From Candidatus Gottesmanbacteria bacterium RIFCSPHIGHO2_01_FULL_40_15 (GTDB lineage: Bacteria; Patescibacteriota; Microgenomatia; 2-02-FULL-39-11), in assembly GCA_001779115.1 (NCBI GenBank), contig MFJF01000015.1, positions 86,491-150,490 on the forward strand: DNA of 64,000 nt, given 5' to 3'. This document shows, piece after piece, positions 46,225 through 56,795 of the stretch. How positions within the stretch are numbered: position 1 is the stretch's first letter; the number at the start of each line of letters is the position of its first letter. A program made the position numbers and the translations under genes. A model generated the notes under the pieces. That model was not told the DNA's origin and did no database searches. It saw only the letters and a list, made by a program, of their open reading frames with translations.

Positions 46225-47907
46225 ATGAACAGGCGATTGTCACTCGTATTCATTATATTTCTTGTACTTTTTGCGGTGATTTATTCCCGTCTCTTTTTCT
46301 GGCAGGTGATATCTGCCGAATCACTTAAAGGTTTTGCCCAAAGCCAGACGGGGCGGTCGCGGGTAGTCAAAGCCAAAAGAGGCAGCATTTTTTCCTCAGA
46401 TGAGTCTCCTCTGGTTATCAATCAACCCAGTTTTCTGATTTACGCTCAACCGCACTTGGTTAAAGATAAATTAAAGCTAACAAATACCTTATCTGAAATC
46501 CTGGAAATTGATGAAGCGAGCATTTCAGCCAAATTGGAAGACTCTGTTGAACTTAAATGGGTATCTCTGGCCGAGAAAATCGAAGCCGGTAAGGCCGGAG
46601 AAATTAAAGAGAAAAATTTGGCAGGAATCGGTTTATCTCAGGATTTCAAGCGTTATTACCCTGAAAGTTCCATGGCTGCCCATTTATTGGGATTTGTCGG
46701 AAAAAATCATAACGGACAAGACCAGGGGTATTTCGGATTGGAAGGGTATTATGATGAACAGCTGAAAGGCCGGACCGGTCTGATAAACGAAGAAAAAGAC
46801 GCTTTAGGAAATCCCATTCTGGCCGGATTAAGGGAAATAATAGCTCCCAATGACGGCAACAACCTTTACCTGACCGTTGATAAAACAGTTCAGTTTATTG
46901 TTGAGGAAAAATTGAAAAAAGGAATGGAAAAATACGGAGCCGCAGAAGGTACTGTCGTTGTAATGAATCCTCAAACGGGGGCTCTACGGGCCATGGCTTC
47001 TTATCCTTCATATGATCTAATAAGTCGTGAGAACTTCAATACCCGGTTATATAAAAATCCCGCTGTTTCATCTTCATTTGAACCCGGTTCCACCTTCAAA
47101 GTTTTAATAATGGCGGCGGCAATCAATGAAAACAGCGTTTCCCCCAATGATGAATATGACGAATCGGGTCCGCTTGAGTTGGGTGCCTACACCATTAAAA
47201 CATGGGATCAGAAGTACCATGGATTGATCAAAATTCCGCAAATATTACAATATTCATCCAATGTGGGCATGGTATATATTTCCGAAAAGCTTGGGAATGA
47301 TAAAATGTTTTCATATTTGGATAATCTCGGAATGGGGCGTCTGACGGGAATTGACCTTCAGGATGAATCATCACCCGATTTGCGTTCCAAAGACAGTTGG
47401 AAGAAAATCGATTTTGCTACCGCCTCATTCGGACAGGGTATTGCTGTTACGCCTCTCCAGATGATCAGGATGGTCTCAGCCATAGCCAATGGCGGTAAAC
47501 TGGTAAAACCATACATCGTTGACCGCATAATTGACTTTTCGGGCAGGACAATTAGCAATAAACCGCAAATAGTCAAAAAAATCTTCAAAAAGGAAACCGC
47601 TTCAATAGTAACGGAAATGATGGTTAACGCTGTGGAAAAAGGGGAGACCAAATTCTTAAAACCGGTCGGGATAAGGATAGCCGGCAAAACCGGAACTGCC
47701 CAAATACCGATCGCCGGTCATTACGATACGCAAAAAACCATTGCTTCATTTGTCGGTTTCTTCCCGGCTGATGACCCTAAACTGATAATGCTGGTGACTT
47801 TAAGGGAGCCGACTTCCTCACCCTGGGGATCGGAAACCGCCGCTCCGCTGTTTTTTGATATCAGTAAAGAACTGATCAAGTATTACAACCTCCCGTTATC
47901 CAATTGA
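46225..47907 (+). CDS. ftsI: Class B penicillin-binding protein (FtsI/PBP3-like)
   Basis: RG-x-I, R-x-YP, GLE, STFK (SxxK), SSN (SxN), KTG. Confidence 0.92.
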   Translation: MNRRLSLVFIIFLVLFAVIYSRLFFWQVISAESLKGFAQSQTGRSRVVKAKRGSIFSSDESPLVINQPSFLIYAQPHLVKDKLKLTNTLSEILEIDEASISAKLEDSVELKWVSLAEKIEAGKAGEIKEKNLAGIGLSQDFKRYYPESSMAAHLLGFVGKNHNGQDQGYFGLEGYYDEQLKGRTGLINEEKDALGNPILAGLREIIAPNDGNNLYLTVDKTVQFIVEEKLKKGMEKYGAAEGTVVVMNPQTGALRAMASYPSYDLISRENFNTRLYKNPAVSSSFEPGSTFKVLIMAAAINENSVSPNDEYDESGPLELGAYTIKTWDQKYHGLIKIPQILQYSSNVGMVYISEKLGNDKMFSYLDNLGMGRLTGIDLQDESSPDLRSKDSWKKIDFATASFGQGIAVTPLQMIRMVSAIANGGKLVKPYIVDRIIDFSGRTISNKPQIVKKIFKKETASIVTEMMVNAVEKGETKFLKPVGIRIAGKTGTAQIPIAGHYDTQKTIASFVGFFPADDPKLIMLVTLREPTSSPWGSETAAPLFFDISKELIKYYNLPLSN

Positions 47908-47935
47908 TGTGAATTTATCTGTTTTTCATGTTTTT

Positions 47936-47944
47936 TGCTATAAT
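47936..47944 (+). promoter_or_regulatory. Extended -10 promoter TG-C-TATAAT upstream of murE
   Basis: Perfect TGnTATAAT, 14 nt before ATG 47959. Confidence 0.55.
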
Positions 47945-47958
47945 TAGCTCCGTTTCTA

Positions 47959-49212
47959 ATGCAATTCCTTAAGAATCTGGCCCATTTGTTAACAGCAATT
48001 CTTGCCTGTTTCTATTACCGCTTTCCCGGCCGTTCTTTGACGGTTGTCGGAATTACCGGTACAGACGGAAAAACAACCACAAGCTCACTGGTTTATCATA
48101 TTTTGGCATCAGCCGGATTGCCGGTAGCGCTGGTAACAACTGTCGGAGCAAATATCGGTAATAAATTCTATGACACCGGCTTTCATGTCACGACTCCTTC
48201 TCCTTTCAGTTTGCAGCGTCTGATGCGGCGCGCGGTTAAATCAGGCAGCCGGTATCTGGTACTGGAAGTCACGTCGCACGCCCTTGATCAGTTCCGGACA
48301 TTGGGTACCCCGATAAATATTGCTTTGATAACCAATATTTCCCATGAGCATCTGGATTACCACCGGACTTTTAACAGTTATAAAAATGCCAAAGCAAAAA
48401 TACTTCGCGGCGGGGGACTTGCCGTTTTAAACAGGGATGATAAAAATTATGATTACTTAAGGAAAAGGACAAAACGGAAAATTATCTCCTTTTCTCTTAA
48501 AGACAAGGCAGATTATACATATAAAGATTTCCCGTTCCGTTCGCTTTTATTCGGTAATTTTAACAAATACAATATTTTGGCAGCCTTTGCGGTTTCCGAT
48601 CTTTTAGGTGTGGAGGAAAAAACCATATACGGGGCAATAGCCGGATTTGAAGGTGTTCCCGGCCGGTTGGAAAATATCAAAAATAAACGCCGGATAAATA
48701 TTTTTATTGACTTTGCCCATAAACCCAATGCCCTCAAAGAAGTTATTTTAGCGGTGCGGACTAAAACTGAAGGTAAAACTATAGTCGTATTCGGTTGCGC
48801 CGGGTTAAGGGACAGGCTAAAAAGGCCTATTATGGGAGAAATTGCCGCGACGCACGCGGATTATACGGTGATTACCGCCGAAGATCCCCGGACTGAGGAT
48901 GTCAGGGTCATTATAAATCAGATAGCTGAAGGGTGTTTAAGAAAAAATGTCAAAGAGATGAAAAAAATTCAATATGGAAGAAAAAACCGACCCGAAGGGA
49001 AAATTCATTTTAAAATTCCCGATCGCCAGGAAGCTATTAATTTTGCCATCAGAGATCTGGCTAAACCGGGTGATACGGTAATAGTTGCCGGCAAAGGACA
49101 TGAAAAGTCCATGTGTTACGGTAAAATTGAATATCCCTGGGATGAAAAAAAGGCTATTTTAAAAGCTCTCTATGGTCCAGTCAAAAATTCTCAAAAAAAT
49201 ACCCTCGGTTGA
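47959..49212 (+). CDS. murE: UDP-MurNAc-dipeptide--diamino acid ligase MurE (lacks the N-terminal domain)
   Basis: GITGTDGKTTT, TTP, EVTSH, EHLDYH, DFAH, GCAG-x-RD, EDPR, AGKGHE. Confidence 0.92.
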   Translation: MQFLKNLAHLLTAILACFYYRFPGRSLTVVGITGTDGKTTTSSLVYHILASAGLPVALVTTVGANIGNKFYDTGFHVTTPSPFSLQRLMRRAVKSGSRYLVLEVTSHALDQFRTLGTPINIALITNISHEHLDYHRTFNSYKNAKAKILRGGGLAVLNRDDKNYDYLRKRTKRKIISFSLKDKADYTYKDFPFRSLLFGNFNKYNILAAFAVSDLLGVEEKTIYGAIAGFEGVPGRLENIKNKRRINIFIDFAHKPNALKEVILAVRTKTEGKTIVVFGCAGLRDRLKRPIMGEIAATHADYTVITAEDPRTEDVRVIINQIAEGCLRKNVKEMKKIQYGRKNRPEGKIHFKIPDRQEAINFAIRDLAKPGDTVIVAGKGHEKSMCYGKIEYPWDEKKAILKALYGPVKNSQKNTLG

Positions 49213-49834
49213 GCATTATTTCCTCAACCGCCGTGATTATTCCGCCAGGCGTTATAATGGTCTTATAAAAAAAAGCGTCTCACCGGAACAGGTCCACTCC
49301 AATAAAGTAGTCCGGATGGAAAAAAATTTCAGAAATAAAATATATACCGGTGCCGACGGCTTGATTGCCGATTTTCCGGTGAGTTTACTGATTAAAACAG
49401 CCGATTGCCTGCCGGTATTTATATGTAATCGGAACCCGCAAATGATAATTGCCCTGCACACCGGTTGGCGGGGTTTATTAAAAGGTATTATAGATAATAT
49501 AAAATTTTCAAAACTTGATAAGTCCGGACTGTCAGGCACGTTTGCCGCCATCGGACCTCATATCCGTTCCTGCTGCTACAAAGTGGAAAATGACGTCTTC
49601 GGAAAATTCAAAAAGTTGTTGCCTTCCACGGTTGGCTTTTTCCGCAACATAAACAATGATAAATATCTTGATTTGTCGGCTGTTGCTATCTTTCAGTTGG
49701 TGAGTGTCGGTCTTGCGCCGGAAAATATTGACGATGTTGCCGTTTGTACCTCATGCGATCCCGCTTACTATTCGTACCGCCGGGATAAAACCGATTACCG
49801 GAATTTCAATTTAATTAAACTTAAAAATGGTTAA
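49172..49834 (+). CDS. pgeF: Peptidoglycan editing factor PgeF (YfiH family)
   Basis: QVH, ADG, TADCLP, H-x-GWRG, IGP, CCY, CTSC, YSYRR. Confidence 0.88.
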   Translation: MVQSKILKKIPSVEHYFLNRRDYSARRYNGLIKKSVSPEQVHSNKVVRMEKNFRNKIYTGADGLIADFPVSLLIKTADCLPVFICNRNPQMIIALHTGWRGLLKGIIDNIKFSKLDKSGLSGTFAAIGPHIRSCCYKVENDVFGKFKKLLPSTVGFFRNINNDKYLDLSAVAIFQLVSVGLAPENIDDVAVCTSCDPAYYSYRRDKTDYRNFNLIKLKNG

Positions 49835-51263
49835 AAAAAACTCCGGCAATAAATATTATCTGGTCGGAATAAAAGGCGTTGCCATGACGGCAATGGCAGT
49901 TTACCTGAAACAAAAAGGGATGCACGTTGAAGGATCAGATGTTGAAGTTAAATTCCAGACGGACAAAATTTTATATGAAGCCGGAATAAAAATTAAGTCA
50001 GGATTTACAGCCGCAAATATTGACGCTTCAAAAGGCGTAGTCATATCAACAGGCGCTCATGGCGGCGCTACCAACATTGAGTCCAGGCAGGCTCAAAAAC
50101 TGGGTCTGCCTTTTTATATGCACGGGAGGTTTCTTGGTCTGGAAACAAGTTTCTATCGGGACGTGATTGCCGTTTCCGGTTGTCACGGTAAAACCACAAC
50201 GTCGGCAATGACTGCTTTTGTATTATCTGCTGCCGGCTTTGATCCCTCCTATGCCGTCGGTACCGCCTATATTAACGGGCTTGGTCCGGCCGGCCATTTT
50301 GGCCACAGTAAATATTTTATCGCCGAAGCTGATGAATATGTCACCTGTCCCATTACCGACAATACTCCCCGTTTTCATTATCTGGCTCCAAAAACCGCCG
50401 TAATTACCAATATTGAATATGACCACCCTGATATTTATCCCGATTTGGAAAACGTAATTAATGCTTATATTGAATTTACCCGAAAAATGAAACCGGGCGG
50501 GCTTCTGATCGCCTGCATTGACGATCCCCAAGTTTCACAACTTTTACCAAGGATCGATTCTGCCCGGGTAATAACTTACGGATTTTCCCGAAGGGCTGAT
50601 TTCCGTATAGAAAAATTTTATCAAAGTCACGGATTCCAGTTTGCTAAAATAACCGCCAGAAATTTGACCGTTTCTGAATTAATGGTAAAAGTTCCGGGGA
50701 AACATAACCTTCTCAACGCTTTAGCCGCTGCTCTTATTTGCCGGGAATACGGCCTTAACTGGACTTCAATTAAGGATAAACTGAAAAACTTTTCAGGATC
50801 CAGCCGGCGTTTTGAATTGATATTTAAAGGAAAAAAACTTTCACTCTATGATGATTATGCCCACCACCCGACCGAAATTAAAGCTACCCTTAACGCGGCC
50901 AGAAGTTTAGCCGGCCGCCGGCTTTTGATTGTTATTTTTCAGCCTCATACATTTTCCCGGACAAAAAGACTCCTGAATTCATTTGCCTCATCATTTATTG
51001 AGGCTGATAAAGTATTGGTTGCGGACATTTTTCCTTCAGCCCGGGAGCAGCCTGATCCGGCTGTATCGTCAGTCCTTTTAACAGACGAAATGAATAAGTA
51101 TAAAAGGAATGCCCGGTACGTATCAGGTCAAAAAAACGCCCTTAAATATTTGACCAATATTTTGTCCGAAGATTCTATTCTTATTACCATGGGTGCCGGA
51201 GACCTTTATACTTGGCATGATAATCTGATATCTCTTATAAAAAAATATGACCGGGAACTATAA
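49827..51263 (+). CDS. murC: UDP-N-acetylmuramate--L-alanine ligase
   Basis: GIKGVAM, GCHGKTTT, EADE, DHPD, DDYAHHP, FQPH, MGAG. Confidence 0.94.
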   Translation: MVKKNSGNKYYLVGIKGVAMTAMAVYLKQKGMHVEGSDVEVKFQTDKILYEAGIKIKSGFTAANIDASKGVVISTGAHGGATNIESRQAQKLGLPFYMHGRFLGLETSFYRDVIAVSGCHGKTTTSAMTAFVLSAAGFDPSYAVGTAYINGLGPAGHFGHSKYFIAEADEYVTCPITDNTPRFHYLAPKTAVITNIEYDHPDIYPDLENVINAYIEFTRKMKPGGLLIACIDDPQVSQLLPRIDSARVITYGFSRRADFRIEKFYQSHGFQFAKITARNLTVSELMVKVPGKHNLLNALAAALICREYGLNWTSIKDKLKNFSGSSRRFELIFKGKKLSLYDDYAHHPTEIKATLNAARSLAGRRLLIVIFQPHTFSRTKRLLNSFASSFIEADKVLVADIFPSAREQPDPAVSSVLLTDEMNKYKRNARYVSGQKNALKYLTNILSEDSILITMGAGDLYTWHDNLISLIKKYDREL

Positions 51264-52245
51264 GAAAATCATAAACAGTTTAGGGAAAAACCGAATCCGC
51301 TTTAATGAAATATTGTCGGGGTATACCAGTTTGAAAATCGGCGGACCGGCTGATCTGTTTTTTAAAGCTTCCACTGTTGAATCCCTGGTTGAAGCTGTTT
51401 TGGCAGCCCGAAACTCTCATACCCCTTTTTTCGTATTGGGCGGAGGCACAAATATTCTTTTTCCCGATGAGGGTTTCCGGGGACTTGTCATCAAAAACGA
51501 AACTTCCCGTATCAGGTTGAGGGGTTTAACCGGTAGAAAATATGAAAAAAAGACCCAAAGTTCTTTTGTTGATAAAGTTTATCTTGAAGTTGACAGCGGA
51601 GTCAGTATTAATCGGTTAGTCAGATTCAGTATTGAACAGAATTTAGCCGGTATGGAATATTTTTTAGGCCAGCCGGGAACTGTTGGCGGAGCTGTTTTTA
51701 TTAATGCACATAATATGAAAGAAGGAGCTTTTTTTGCCGATCGTCTCATTTCAGCAAGAATTTACGGGAAGGATTGTGAAGAAAAAAATGTTCCAGGAGA
51801 ATATTTCCGCTTCGGTTATGACCGGTCCGCCATTCAAAAAACCGGCGAAATTGTATTGACAGTTACCCTGGAATTAAAAATAGGATATAAAAAGTTACTT
51901 TGGGAAAAAGCTAAATCCTGTCTGGAATACAGATTTAAAACACAGCCCGGAGGAGTTTTTACCTGCGGATGTCTTTTCCGTAATATAAAACATAGCGATG
52001 CCATCAGGCTTGTAACACCCGGTTATACCTGTTCGGCCGGATTTCTTTTGGAGTCGGCCGGGTTAAAAGGCAAGGCAGTCGGCCGGGCAATGCTTTCATC
52101 ACATCATGCCAATTTTCTTATCAATATGGGCGGTGCCACGGCTGCCGATGTGTTAAAATTAATAGCACTGATAAAAAACAAAATCACTCAAAAATACGGT
52201 CTTGAATTGGAACCTGAACTGGTCATCGTCCGAAGTTTAAATTAA
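51247..52245 (+). CDS. murB: UDP-N-acetylenolpyruvoylglucosamine reductase
   Basis: KIGGPA, GGGTN, PGTVGGA-x-x-x-NA, FRN, HANFLIN, LEPE. Confidence 0.94.
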   Translation: MTGNYKKIINSLGKNRIRFNEILSGYTSLKIGGPADLFFKASTVESLVEAVLAARNSHTPFFVLGGGTNILFPDEGFRGLVIKNETSRIRLRGLTGRKYEKKTQSSFVDKVYLEVDSGVSINRLVRFSIEQNLAGMEYFLGQPGTVGGAVFINAHNMKEGAFFADRLISARIYGKDCEEKNVPGEYFRFGYDRSAIQKTGEIVLTVTLELKIGYKKLLWEKAKSCLEYRFKTQPGGVFTCGCLFRNIKHSDAIRLVTPGYTCSAGFLLESAGLKGKAVGRAMLSSHHANFLINMGGATAADVLKLIALIKNKITQKYGLELEPELVIVRSLN

Positions 52246-52274
52246 TTATTATAAACTCATAATATAAAACCGAA

Positions 52275-53600
52275 ATGGACAGATTAATAATTGAAGGCGG
52301 ACATAAGCTTGAGGGAAACATCAGTATAACCGGAGCTAAAAATGTAGCCATGAAAGTTATTCTGACGGGGCTTTTGACCAAAAAAGAGATAGTTGTTGAA
52401 AATGTTCCCTTGATCACGTCAGTTTACGGAACAGCCGATCTGGTAAATCACTTGGGAGTTAATGTGAAAATTTTTGACAATCACACCATGAGAATTAAAG
52501 GCAACGGTTTAAACGGTTTTACTATACCTCTGGATATGGGAGGACTCTACCGAACGGCCACTATGGTAATCGGCCCGCTTCTTCAAAGATTCGGTAAGGC
52601 CATTGTGCCCAATCCCGGGGGTTGCCGGCTGGGCAAGCGTCCGGTTGACTGGCATATATCAGGTTTAAAAGCTTTGGGAGCCCATATCAGTTATAAAGAC
52701 GGATTTTTTTATGCTACAGCGAAAAAATTGAAAGGAGCCCGATTTAAATTTGCTAAAAATACCCATACGGGAACGGAAACCCTTATTCTGGCCGCGGTTA
52801 AAGCAGAAGGAGAAACGGTAATAGAAAATGCTTCGCTTGAACCGGAAGTGGATGACCTGATAAGACTAATAAATCAGATGGGAGGTAAAATCAAAAGAAA
52901 AGATAACCGGGTAATAGTCATAAGCGGAGTTAAAAAACTTAATGGAGCGGATTTCAATATTATGCCCGACCGGAATGAAGCCGTAACATTTGCCGTCGGT
53001 GCTATTTGTTCCGGCGGCCGTCTACTAATTAAAGGCGCCCGGGAAAAAGATCTTTCCAGTTTTTTGGGATACCTGAAAATAATCGGAGCCGGATACCGGA
53101 TTGCCGGTGAGGATACCATTGAATTTTCCGGAAGAAAAAAGCTGAAACCGTCAAATATAACCACCGGACCTTATCCCGGATTCATGACCGACTGGCAGGC
53201 GCCGTGGGCTCTGATGATGACTCAAGCCGCGGGAATGTCCAGTGTGCATGAAAGCGTGTTTGAAGACCGGTTCAGTTATGTTGAACAGTTAAGCAAAATG
53301 GGAGCCAATATTGTTCCTTTCAAGCCGTTGGTTAAAAAACCTGCCAAATTTTATAATTTTAACTGGTCTAAAAAACCGAAAGACCGTTATCAGGCAATAA
53401 GTATCCACGGTAAAACTCCTTTGCACGAAGCCGTCCTGGAAGTTGCTGATTTGCGTGCCGGAGCGACTTTGGTTTTGGCGGCGGTAATTGCCGGAGGAAA
53501 AAGCATAATTTACGGAATTGATCATATTGACCGGGGATATGAAAATATAGCCAGTCGGCTTGGCCGTTTGGGTGTTCCCATTAAAAGGCTTAAAGATTGA
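52275..53600 (+). CDS. murA: UDP-N-acetylglucosamine 1-carboxyvinyltransferase
   Basis: GAKN, PGGC-x-LG-x-RPVD-x-H, EPEV, PDR-x-E, PGF-x-TD, DLRAG, IDRGYE. Confidence 0.96.
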   Translation: MDRLIIEGGHKLEGNISITGAKNVAMKVILTGLLTKKEIVVENVPLITSVYGTADLVNHLGVNVKIFDNHTMRIKGNGLNGFTIPLDMGGLYRTATMVIGPLLQRFGKAIVPNPGGCRLGKRPVDWHISGLKALGAHISYKDGFFYATAKKLKGARFKFAKNTHTGTETLILAAVKAEGETVIENASLEPEVDDLIRLINQMGGKIKRKDNRVIVISGVKKLNGADFNIMPDRNEAVTFAVGAICSGGRLLIKGAREKDLSSFLGYLKIIGAGYRIAGEDTIEFSGRKKLKPSNITTGPYPGFMTDWQAPWALMMTQAAGMSSVHESVFEDRFSYVEQLSKMGANIVPFKPLVKKPAKFYNFNWSKKPKDRYQAISIHGKTPLHEAVLEVADLRAGATLVLAAVIAGGKSIIYGIDHIDRGYENIASRLGRLGVPIKRLKD

Positions 53601-53609
53601 AATTTCGAT

Positions 53610-54935
53610 ATGACCGAAGATGTAATTGCCGTTATTTTAGCAGCCGGAGATTCCGGTAGGCTTTGGCCGGTTAAAGATAAACTTAATCTGTATTTTGGGA
53701 ATATCACTCTGTTAAACCATTCGGTGCGTCAGTTAAAAAAAGCCGGAATCAGCCGCTTTATAATAGTCACCGGTAAAAAAAACAGACAGAATATTCAAAG
53801 TTTAATCCCGGAAAAAAATGCCGGAATTTCATTAAATCTGATTGTCCAGGAAAATAATTTGGGCATGGCCGGAGCTATTCTTGCGGCAAAAAATCTTATA
53901 AAGGACAATAAAATTATCGTTGTTGGCCCCTCCGATATTGTCGAGGATTATCTATTTTCAGATTTTAACCGGCTTTTAGCTGGCGACCCGGAAGGTATTT
54001 TTGTCGGCAAAAAGTTGGATTCTTACTCTCCATTGGGTTTTTACGATATTGACGCCGGTACGATTGCCGGTGTCAGGGAAAAACCCGGTCCCAGCAAGGC
54101 AAAAGGTAAACCGGCAGCCATTATACTGGATTATTACCGTGACAGTAATAAACTTTTAACGGCAATTTCGGCAGTCAGATCAACAACTGATGATATTTAT
54201 GAGAAAGCCAAAGACATACTGGTTAGAGACGGCCTTGTGATAAAGCTTTTAAACTATAACGGTTATTGGGGTTATATAAAATATCCCTGGCACATTCTTG
54301 AAGTTGCTTCCTATTTCCTGAATAAATTTCCCGACAAAAAAAATGAAGCGGTTCTCCATGAAACCGTTACAATACGGGGGCCTGTATTTATCGAAGATAA
54401 TGTTACCATCCTGGAAAATGTCAAAATTCTGGGGCCGGTATTCATCGGAAAAAGCAGTCTTATCGGACAAAATTGCCTTATACGGGAATCGGTAATCGGA
54501 GAAGGCAATATTATCGGATTCGGTTCGGAAATAACCAGATCCTATCTGGGATCAAACTGCTGGTTTCATCAAAATTATATTGGAGATTCGGTTGTTTTGG
54601 ATAATACTTCTTTCGGATCAGGTGCGGTAATTGCCAATTACAGGTTGGACGGGGGGAATATCATTTCTGAGGTTGAAGGCAAGAAAATTGACACCAACAG
54701 GACCAAGTTGGGAGCAGTTGTCGGCAGGAATGTCCGAATAGGTGTTAATTCTTCGGTTATGCCCGGAGTAAAAATCGGAGAGAATTCCTTTGTCGGTAGC
54801 GGTGTCGTCTTAAATAGTGATCTGCCTGAAAACAAATATATCGAAGTCCGAAAGGATTCTTACCGGGTTTTAAATAACAAGGTTAATCTAAAGACCGGCG
54901 CTATGGATAAAAATCTCGGAAATTTGAAATTTTGA
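53610..54935 (+). CDS. glmU: Bifunctional sugar-1-phosphate nucleotidyltransferase/acetyltransferase (archaeal-type GlmU-like)
   Basis: LAAG-x-x-x-R-x-x-P, EKP, YPW, C-terminal hexapeptide repeats, KLGAVVG; immediately upstream of glmS. Confidence 0.75.
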   Translation: MTEDVIAVILAAGDSGRLWPVKDKLNLYFGNITLLNHSVRQLKKAGISRFIIVTGKKNRQNIQSLIPEKNAGISLNLIVQENNLGMAGAILAAKNLIKDNKIIVVGPSDIVEDYLFSDFNRLLAGDPEGIFVGKKLDSYSPLGFYDIDAGTIAGVREKPGPSKAKGKPAAIILDYYRDSNKLLTAISAVRSTTDDIYEKAKDILVRDGLVIKLLNYNGYWGYIKYPWHILEVASYFLNKFPDKKNEAVLHETVTIRGPVFIEDNVTILENVKILGPVFIGKSSLIGQNCLIRESVIGEGNIIGFGSEITRSYLGSNCWFHQNYIGDSVVLDNTSFGSGAVIANYRLDGGNIISEVEGKKIDTNRTKLGAVVGRNVRIGVNSSVMPGVKIGENSFVGSGVVLNSDLPENKYIEVRKDSYRVLNNKVNLKTGAMDKNLGNLKF

Positions 54936-54980
54936 AACAAATTAAAAATTCTGTTGAATAATCACCAGTAGAGAAAAATT

Positions 54981-56783
54981 ATGTGCGGAATATTCGGATA
55001 TATCGGAAATAACAAACAGGCAGCCGATTTGGTCCTGACAGGATTAAAAAGCCTTGAATACCGAGGTTATGATTCATGGGGTATTGCCGCGGTAAACGAA
55101 GGTGGCCGAATTCTTCTCGAAAAAAAAACGGGTAAAATCGGAGCGGCTGAATTTAACTTTAAAAATCATAGCCGGATCGCTATCGGCCACACGCGCTGGG
55201 CTACTCATGGCGGGGTAACAGTTGCCAATGCCCATCCCCATCTTGACTGCACGGGCCACTTTGCCCTTATACATAACGGTATCATAGAAAATTATGATGA
55301 AATAAAAAAAGCGCTTCTAAAGATTGGTCACCGCTTTATATCTGAAACCGATTCTGAAGTAGCCGTGCATTTATTGGAAGAGAATTATAAAAGCCTTATA
55401 AAGAAAAATAAGACAAATTCACAAGACTCTCTTTTCGTCGAAGCACTTAAAATAACTTTTTCAAGTTTCCGGGGACTTAACGCGGTCATTGTCTTAAATG
55501 CGAAGAACCGGACATTTGGTGCTGCCAAAAACGGATCACCCCTTGTGTTGGGTTTTGGGAATAAGGAAAATTATCTGGCTTCAGACAGCCAAGCCATATT
55601 GCCTTATACGAATAAACTGTATTTTATGGAGGATCAGGAATTGGTATTAGTTACCAAGGATCAAATCAAGGTGTTCGATTTGATTTCCGGAAAGGAAAAA
55701 TCCATAAAGCCGGTTTCTGTTTCCTGGAAAACCGAAACTGAAGATAAGGGTAAATTGCCCCACTTTATGCTGAAAGAAATTTTGGATCAGGGAAAGGTAA
55801 TTAAAAACATCGTTACCGACTCCGATGAAAATATAAAAAAATTTGCTTCCCTTATTTCTTCATCCTTTGGAACTTACCTGGTCGGATGCGGAACGGCCGC
55901 CTATGCCTGCCTAACCGGTACTTATATTTTTTCTAAAATTGCCAAAAAACATGTTAATTTTTCAGTTGCCAGCGAATTCGGATATCTGATAGATTTTTTA
56001 ACCGAAAAGAGTCTGGTTATCGGCCTATCCCAATCAGGTGAAACAATTGATCTTATCGATGTCATGAAGAAAGCCAAAGAAAGGGGAGTTAAACTGGGGG
56101 CAATTGTCAACGTGTTGGGATCAACCCTTTACCGGATGACTGATAATAAATTGCTGTTAAACGCGGGAGTGGAAAAAGCAGTTGTATCAACAAAAGCTTT
56201 TACCGCCAAAATTGCCCACCTCCTTTTAATTGCATACGCTTTAACCGGTGACATCAATAAAGGGAAAACGGAACTTCGCAAGGCTGTAGAGATACTGGAA
56301 GAACTTTTTAAACCGTCATCCTTAAACGCGATAAAGACTCTTGCCACAAAATTATACCGCCATAAAAATATATATATTATCGGCCGGGGTATTTCTTATC
56401 CGATAGCCCTTGAATCTGCCTTAAAAATTAAGGAAGCTTCCTACATCCACGCTGAAGGTTTTGCCGGCGGTGAATTAAAACACGGGGTAATCGCTTTGGT
56501 TGAAAAAGGAACTCCCTGTTTGGCCTTTCTTCCTAATGATGAAACTTATTTTGATACGCTTTCGGGAGTCATGGAAATGAAAGCCAGAGGCGGCTTTATC
56601 ATCGGAATAGGTTTCAAAAACCATGAAGTATTTGATGAATTTATTAATTCCGGAGATTGTCAAATGGCCTCAGGCATCCCCAACGTCGTTGTCGGGCAAC
56701 TGCTCGGTTACTATTTGGCATTGTGTCATGGAGTTGATCCTGATAAACCCCGAAATCTCGCTAAATCAGTGACCGTCAAGTAG
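54981..56783 (+). CDS. glmS: Glutamine--fructose-6-phosphate aminotransferase
   Basis: MCGI, LEYRGYDS, GHTRWATHG, HNGIIEN, SQSGET, ELKHG, PRNLAKSVTV. Confidence 0.97.
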   Translation: MCGIFGYIGNNKQAADLVLTGLKSLEYRGYDSWGIAAVNEGGRILLEKKTGKIGAAEFNFKNHSRIAIGHTRWATHGGVTVANAHPHLDCTGHFALIHNGIIENYDEIKKALLKIGHRFISETDSEVAVHLLEENYKSLIKKNKTNSQDSLFVEALKITFSSFRGLNAVIVLNAKNRTFGAAKNGSPLVLGFGNKENYLASDSQAILPYTNKLYFMEDQELVLVTKDQIKVFDLISGKEKSIKPVSVSWKTETEDKGKLPHFMLKEILDQGKVIKNIVTDSDENIKKFASLISSSFGTYLVGCGTAAYACLTGTYIFSKIAKKHVNFSVASEFGYLIDFLTEKSLVIGLSQSGETIDLIDVMKKAKERGVKLGAIVNVLGSTLYRMTDNKLLLNAGVEKAVVSTKAFTAKIAHLLLIAYALTGDINKGKTELRKAVEILEELFKPSSLNAIKTLATKLYRHKNIYIIGRGISYPIALESALKIKEASYIHAEGFAGGELKHGVIALVEKGTPCLAFLPNDETYFDTLSGVMEMKARGGFIIGIGFKNHEVFDEFINSGDCQMASGIPNVVVGQLLGYYLALCHGVDPDKPRNLAKSVTVK

Positions 56784-56795
56784 AATTTTGCATAA

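Noticed and set aside
54936-54980. glmS ribozyme
   Set aside because: The 45-bp AT-rich gap is far too short and has no structure
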